A DNA stretch of 37,795 bases from Thermodesulfovibrionales bacterium (GTDB lineage Bacteria > Nitrospirota > Thermodesulfovibrionia > Thermodesulfovibrionales > UBA6898), in contig JBIOIY010000030.1 of NCBI GenBank assembly GCA_044450345.1, forward strand, positions 1 through 37,795, given 5' to 3'. Under the pieces are notes generated by a model. That model had not been told where the DNA came from and made no database searches. It saw nothing but the letters and a program-made list of their open reading frames with translations. Numbering within the stretch: the first letter of the stretch is position 1; the number at the start of each line of letters is the position of its first letter. The position numbers were made by a program, and so were the translations under genes. Positions 35,324 to 37,795 of this stretch are shown here, piece after piece.

Positions 35324-36667
35324 ATGGCAAAGGCGGTCATATTGATAGTCGACGATGAAGAGGGCATCCGTACGACCCTTTCGGGCATATTTGAAGATGA
35401 AGGCTACGAGGCGGTCACCGCGGGATCGGGCGAGGAGGCTTTGCGGGTTGCAAAGGAAGCCAATCCTGATATCGTCATCCTGGATGTGTGGATGTCGGGC
35501 ATGGACGGCATCCAGACCATGGAAGAACTACGCCAATGGAATCGTGACCTGCCTGTGGTAATCATCTCCGGCCACGCCAATATCGAGCTTGCGGTAAAGG
35601 CAACGAAGATAGGCGCATATGATATCCTCGAAAAACCCCTCTCGATGGAAAAAGTCCTCCTTACCGTCTTCCGGGCGCTCGAGAAGAGGAAGCTCGAGAT
35701 CGAGAACAAGGCGCTTAAGGAAAACCTCATCAGGAAGTCGAGGCTCATCGGAAATTCCGCCAAGACCAATCAGCTCAGGGAACAAATAAAAATGGCGGCT
35801 GCAAGCAACAGCAGGGTCCTCATACTCGGCGAAAGCGGTTCGGGCAAGGAACTTGTTGCACACCTTCTTCACGAAAACAGTACCAGGACGGAAAAGCCGT
35901 TTATCGAGGTGAACTGTGCCGCTATACCCCAGGAGCTCATCGAGAGCGAACTCTTTGGCCATGAAAAAGGCTCATTTACCGGAGCCTTCGAAATGAAGAA
36001 GGGGAAGTTTGAGCAGGCTGACGGCGGCACACTTTTCCTTGACGAAATCGGAGACATGTCGCTGCAGACACAAGCGAAGGTCCTGAGGGTCATCGAGACC
36101 CAGGAATTCCAGCGTGTGGGGGGCAATAAGAATATAAAGGTCGATGTGAGGATAATATCCGCCACTAACAAGGACCTTCCGGAGGAGGTCAAAAGGGACG
36201 CTTTCAGAGAGGACCTCTTCTTCAGGCTGAATGTCATCCCTCTTAAGGTCCCGGCCCTCAGGGAGAGGCCCGATGATATCCCGGTCCTGGTGGAGTATTT
36301 CCTCGAATCCTTTGCCTTGGAATACGGCCAGCAGCCGAAGAAAATTGCTCCTGACGCCGTCAAGATCCTCCAGAAGCACGTATGGCCGGGCAACATCAGG
36401 GAACTGAAGAATGTCCTGGAGAGGCTCGTTATCATGACCCCGTCGAAGGTGATCACGCCGGGAGATCTTTTTATTCCCGATGCGAAAAGGGCCGATTATT
36501 TTGCTGTCGATTCTCTAAAGGACGCAAGGGAGTTGTTCGAGAGGGATTTCATCGCGAGGAAACTCGAAGAAAACGCCTGGAATATCTCGAAGACCTCCGA
36601 AGTGCTCGATATCGAGAGGAGCAACCTCCACCGCAAGATTAAGGCATATGATATAAAGATACCCTAG
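35324..36667 (+). CDS. ntrX: NtrX-like sigma54-type response regulator
   Basis: Receiver domain, GESGSGKE, ESELFGHEKGSFTGA, LFLDEIGD, WPGNIREL, Fis-type HTH. Confidence 0.85.
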   Translation: MAKAVILIVDDEEGIRTTLSGIFEDEGYEAVTAGSGEEALRVAKEANPDIVILDVWMSGMDGIQTMEELRQWNRDLPVVIISGHANIELAVKATKIGAYDILEKPLSMEKVLLTVFRALEKRKLEIENKALKENLIRKSRLIGNSAKTNQLREQIKMAAASNSRVLILGESGSGKELVAHLLHENSTRTEKPFIEVNCAAIPQELIESELFGHEKGSFTGAFEMKKGKFEQADGGTLFLDEIGDMSLQTQAKVLRVIETQEFQRVGGNKNIKVDVRIISATNKDLPEEVKRDAFREDLFFRLNVIPLKVPALRERPDDIPVLVEYFLESFALEYGQQPKKIAPDAVKILQKHVWPGNIRELKNVLERLVIMTPSKVITPGDLFIPDAKRADYFAVDSLKDARELFERDFIARKLEENAWNISKTSEVLDIERSNLHRKIKAYDIKIP

Positions 36668-36675
36668 GAGCACGG

Positions 36676-36888
36676 ATGAAGATTACGCTGAATGTAGGTA
36701 CGATCTTTTGCTACGACTGTGTCCTGGCGTTAAGAAAATTTATAGGTTCCGTGAAAGGCGTGGGCTCGGTCGAAGTGGAAGAAGGCAAGGTAGCGATAGA
36801 CTTCGACCCTTCAGTGATCAGCGAAACGGAAGTAGTTCGGCTTGCCAGAGACAGCATAGAAAAACTCGGATACAAGGTGCTTGACTAG
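36676..36888 (+). CDS. HMA-domain-like small metal-binding protein
   Basis: CYDC motif, GV..VEV, DFDP...IEKLGY; AGGAG RBS. Confidence 0.75.
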   Translation: MKITLNVGTIFCYDCVLALRKFIGSVKGVGSVEVEEGKVAIDFDPSVISETEVVRLARDSIEKLGYKVLD

Positions 36889-36926
36889 TCCAACGGCCCA
36901 TTTGCTGGCAGCAGAAAGAATTACTC

Positions 36927-37517
36927 CTACGGCCCGAAGAACCATCTCTTCCAGTTCCAGAAGTGGATGAGCTTCTGTGTGAAGGCCGTATCGTCAACCT
37001 TTTCCGCCAGGTCTCTGAGCTCCGCCCGGTTTTTTTCTATCTCCCTGAACTGCTCTTTTTCAAGCCCTCCGTCAAGGATAAAATGTCTTATCTTTTCAAG
37101 CTCCCCATTATCGAGCCAGACGCCGTGCCTTCCGCACTCGTCTATGATCACTCCTGATATATGTCCGTAATTCTTCTTCACCATAAGCTTCCCGCATCTT
37201 ACGCAGGGGATGTATTCGATACTGTCAGGAAGCTGAGGGCGGCTGTATTCTTTATCGAGTTTTTCCTCCCTATAGACCGTCGATTCTGCGGTAAGGACAT
37301 CGAACTCTCCCCGATCGAGCCATAAGCCGCCGCATCGCGGACAGGAGTCTATCTCTATATCATCCTTCCTCCTGCAGTCAAGAGTAATATTGCACCTTGG
37401 GCAGACAGGATGTTCGAGAACTTTTTCCTCGCCAATCCTCCCTCCGCAGAAAGGGCAGAGGGCACTTTTAGGGTTTACATCCTTTCCGCACTGAGGACAT
37501 TTAATGAGATCCGCCAT
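36927..37517 (-). CDS. Protein with three zinc ribbons (two zf-TFIIB-like)
   Basis: CPQC/CPFC; CPRC...CPRCGGLWLDRGE; CVRC...CGRHGVWLDNGE; AAGGAG before ATG 37517. Confidence 0.8.
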   Translation of the reverse strand: MADLIKCPQCGKDVNPKSALCPFCGGRIGEEKVLEHPVCPRCNITLDCRRKDDIEIDSCPRCGGLWLDRGEFDVLTAESTVYREEKLDKEYSRPQLPDSIEYIPCVRCGKLMVKKNYGHISGVIIDECGRHGVWLDNGELEKIRHFILDGGLEKEQFREIEKNRAELRDLAEKVDDTAFTQKLIHFWNWKRWFFGP

Positions 37518-37563
37518 CTCGCTCCTTTGGCCGACATTTGCCGGATGCACTAACAAAAATTAT

Positions 37564-37601
37564 AACATGTTGGTAGTGTCCCGGAACACTACCAACATGT
37601 T
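37564..37601. repeat. Perfect 16-bp inverted repeat, candidate regulator site
   Basis: AACATGTTGGTAGTGT-cccgga-ACACTACCAACATGTT. Confidence 0.85.
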
Positions 37602-37737
37602 TCCATTATGAGGATCAGAGAAGGCCGCGAATTTTCTAAACCGGCAATCCACCCTTTTTTTTGCATTCCTGCAAAGAGATTTGCGTGAATGCATTCTGCA
37701 GTGAGACTTGAATCCTTTAGAACCAATGAGTTGAAGA

Positions 37738-37753
37738 TGGCACGCTGCATGCT
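37738..37753 (+). promoter_or_regulatory. Sigma54 (-24/-12) promoter for a gene starting at 37792, beyond the window
   Basis: TGGCACG-CTGC-ATGCT (GG-N10-GC, one mismatch to TGGCACGN4TTGC); AAGGAGG then ATG at 37792. Confidence 0.75.
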
Positions 37754-37795
37754 TTATATATTTGCGAGAACTTAAGAAGGAGGACAAGAAGATGA

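Noticed and set aside
4529..36456. Long antisense and alternate-frame ORFs (e.g. 4529-5341, 12767-13855, 20957-22174, 34076-35089)
   Set aside because: They are shadows of well-supported genes, with no recognisable motifs.
37654..37693. Intrinsic terminator (T-tract plus TGCATTC/GAATGCA hairpin)
   Set aside because: The T-tract precedes the hairpin on the plus strand and reads as an A-tract after it on the minus strand, so the geometry is wrong on both.
1..37795. CRISPR array, tRNA or rRNA genes
   Set aside because: No repeat-spacer periodicity, cloverleaf or rRNA-like sequence was seen in the intergenic regions.

Overview
Bacterial window; gene style suggests an anaerobic Nitrospirota or deltaproteobacterium-like organism (inference only). 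A ~25 kb cobamide (B12) biosynthesis region dominates it. That region starts with a bzaC-bzaD-bzaE-like trio (O-methyltransferase fused to DUF2284, plus two B12-binding radical SAM enzymes). A sigma70 promoter, cobalamin riboswitch and terminator follow, driving bzaF-cobU-cobT-cobS-cobQ-cbiB-cobD-cbiA-cbiX/C-cbiM-(N-like)-cbiQ-cbiO-cobO-cbiD-cbiET-cbiL-cbiF-cbiG/H and an uncharacterised BPL_N/glutamine-amidotransferase-like gene. The first 4 kb is accessory DNA: the start and structured non-coding end of a probable IS110 element, a NucS-like nuclease, a DUF6516/HTH putative toxin-antitoxin pair, a sugar dehydrogenase remnant and a secreted Vgb-like propeller. The last 8.5 kb is mostly housekeeping (HIT, hisE, hisI, CBS, DUF355, DUF4390-NtrY-NtrX, HMA, zinc-ribbon proteins) and ends at a sigma54 promoter. 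Most notable: (1) the bzaCDE leader looks like an internally deleted, decayed copy of the cobalamin riboswitch leader; (2) bzaF plus bzaCDE predicts a complete anaerobic DMB route; (3) a candidate IS110 bridge-RNA hairpin; (4) several REP-like or heptamer elements inserted in frame in cob enzymes; (5) an unexplained GAT-like enzyme closing the cob operon. All calls are motif recognition by eye; no searches were run.
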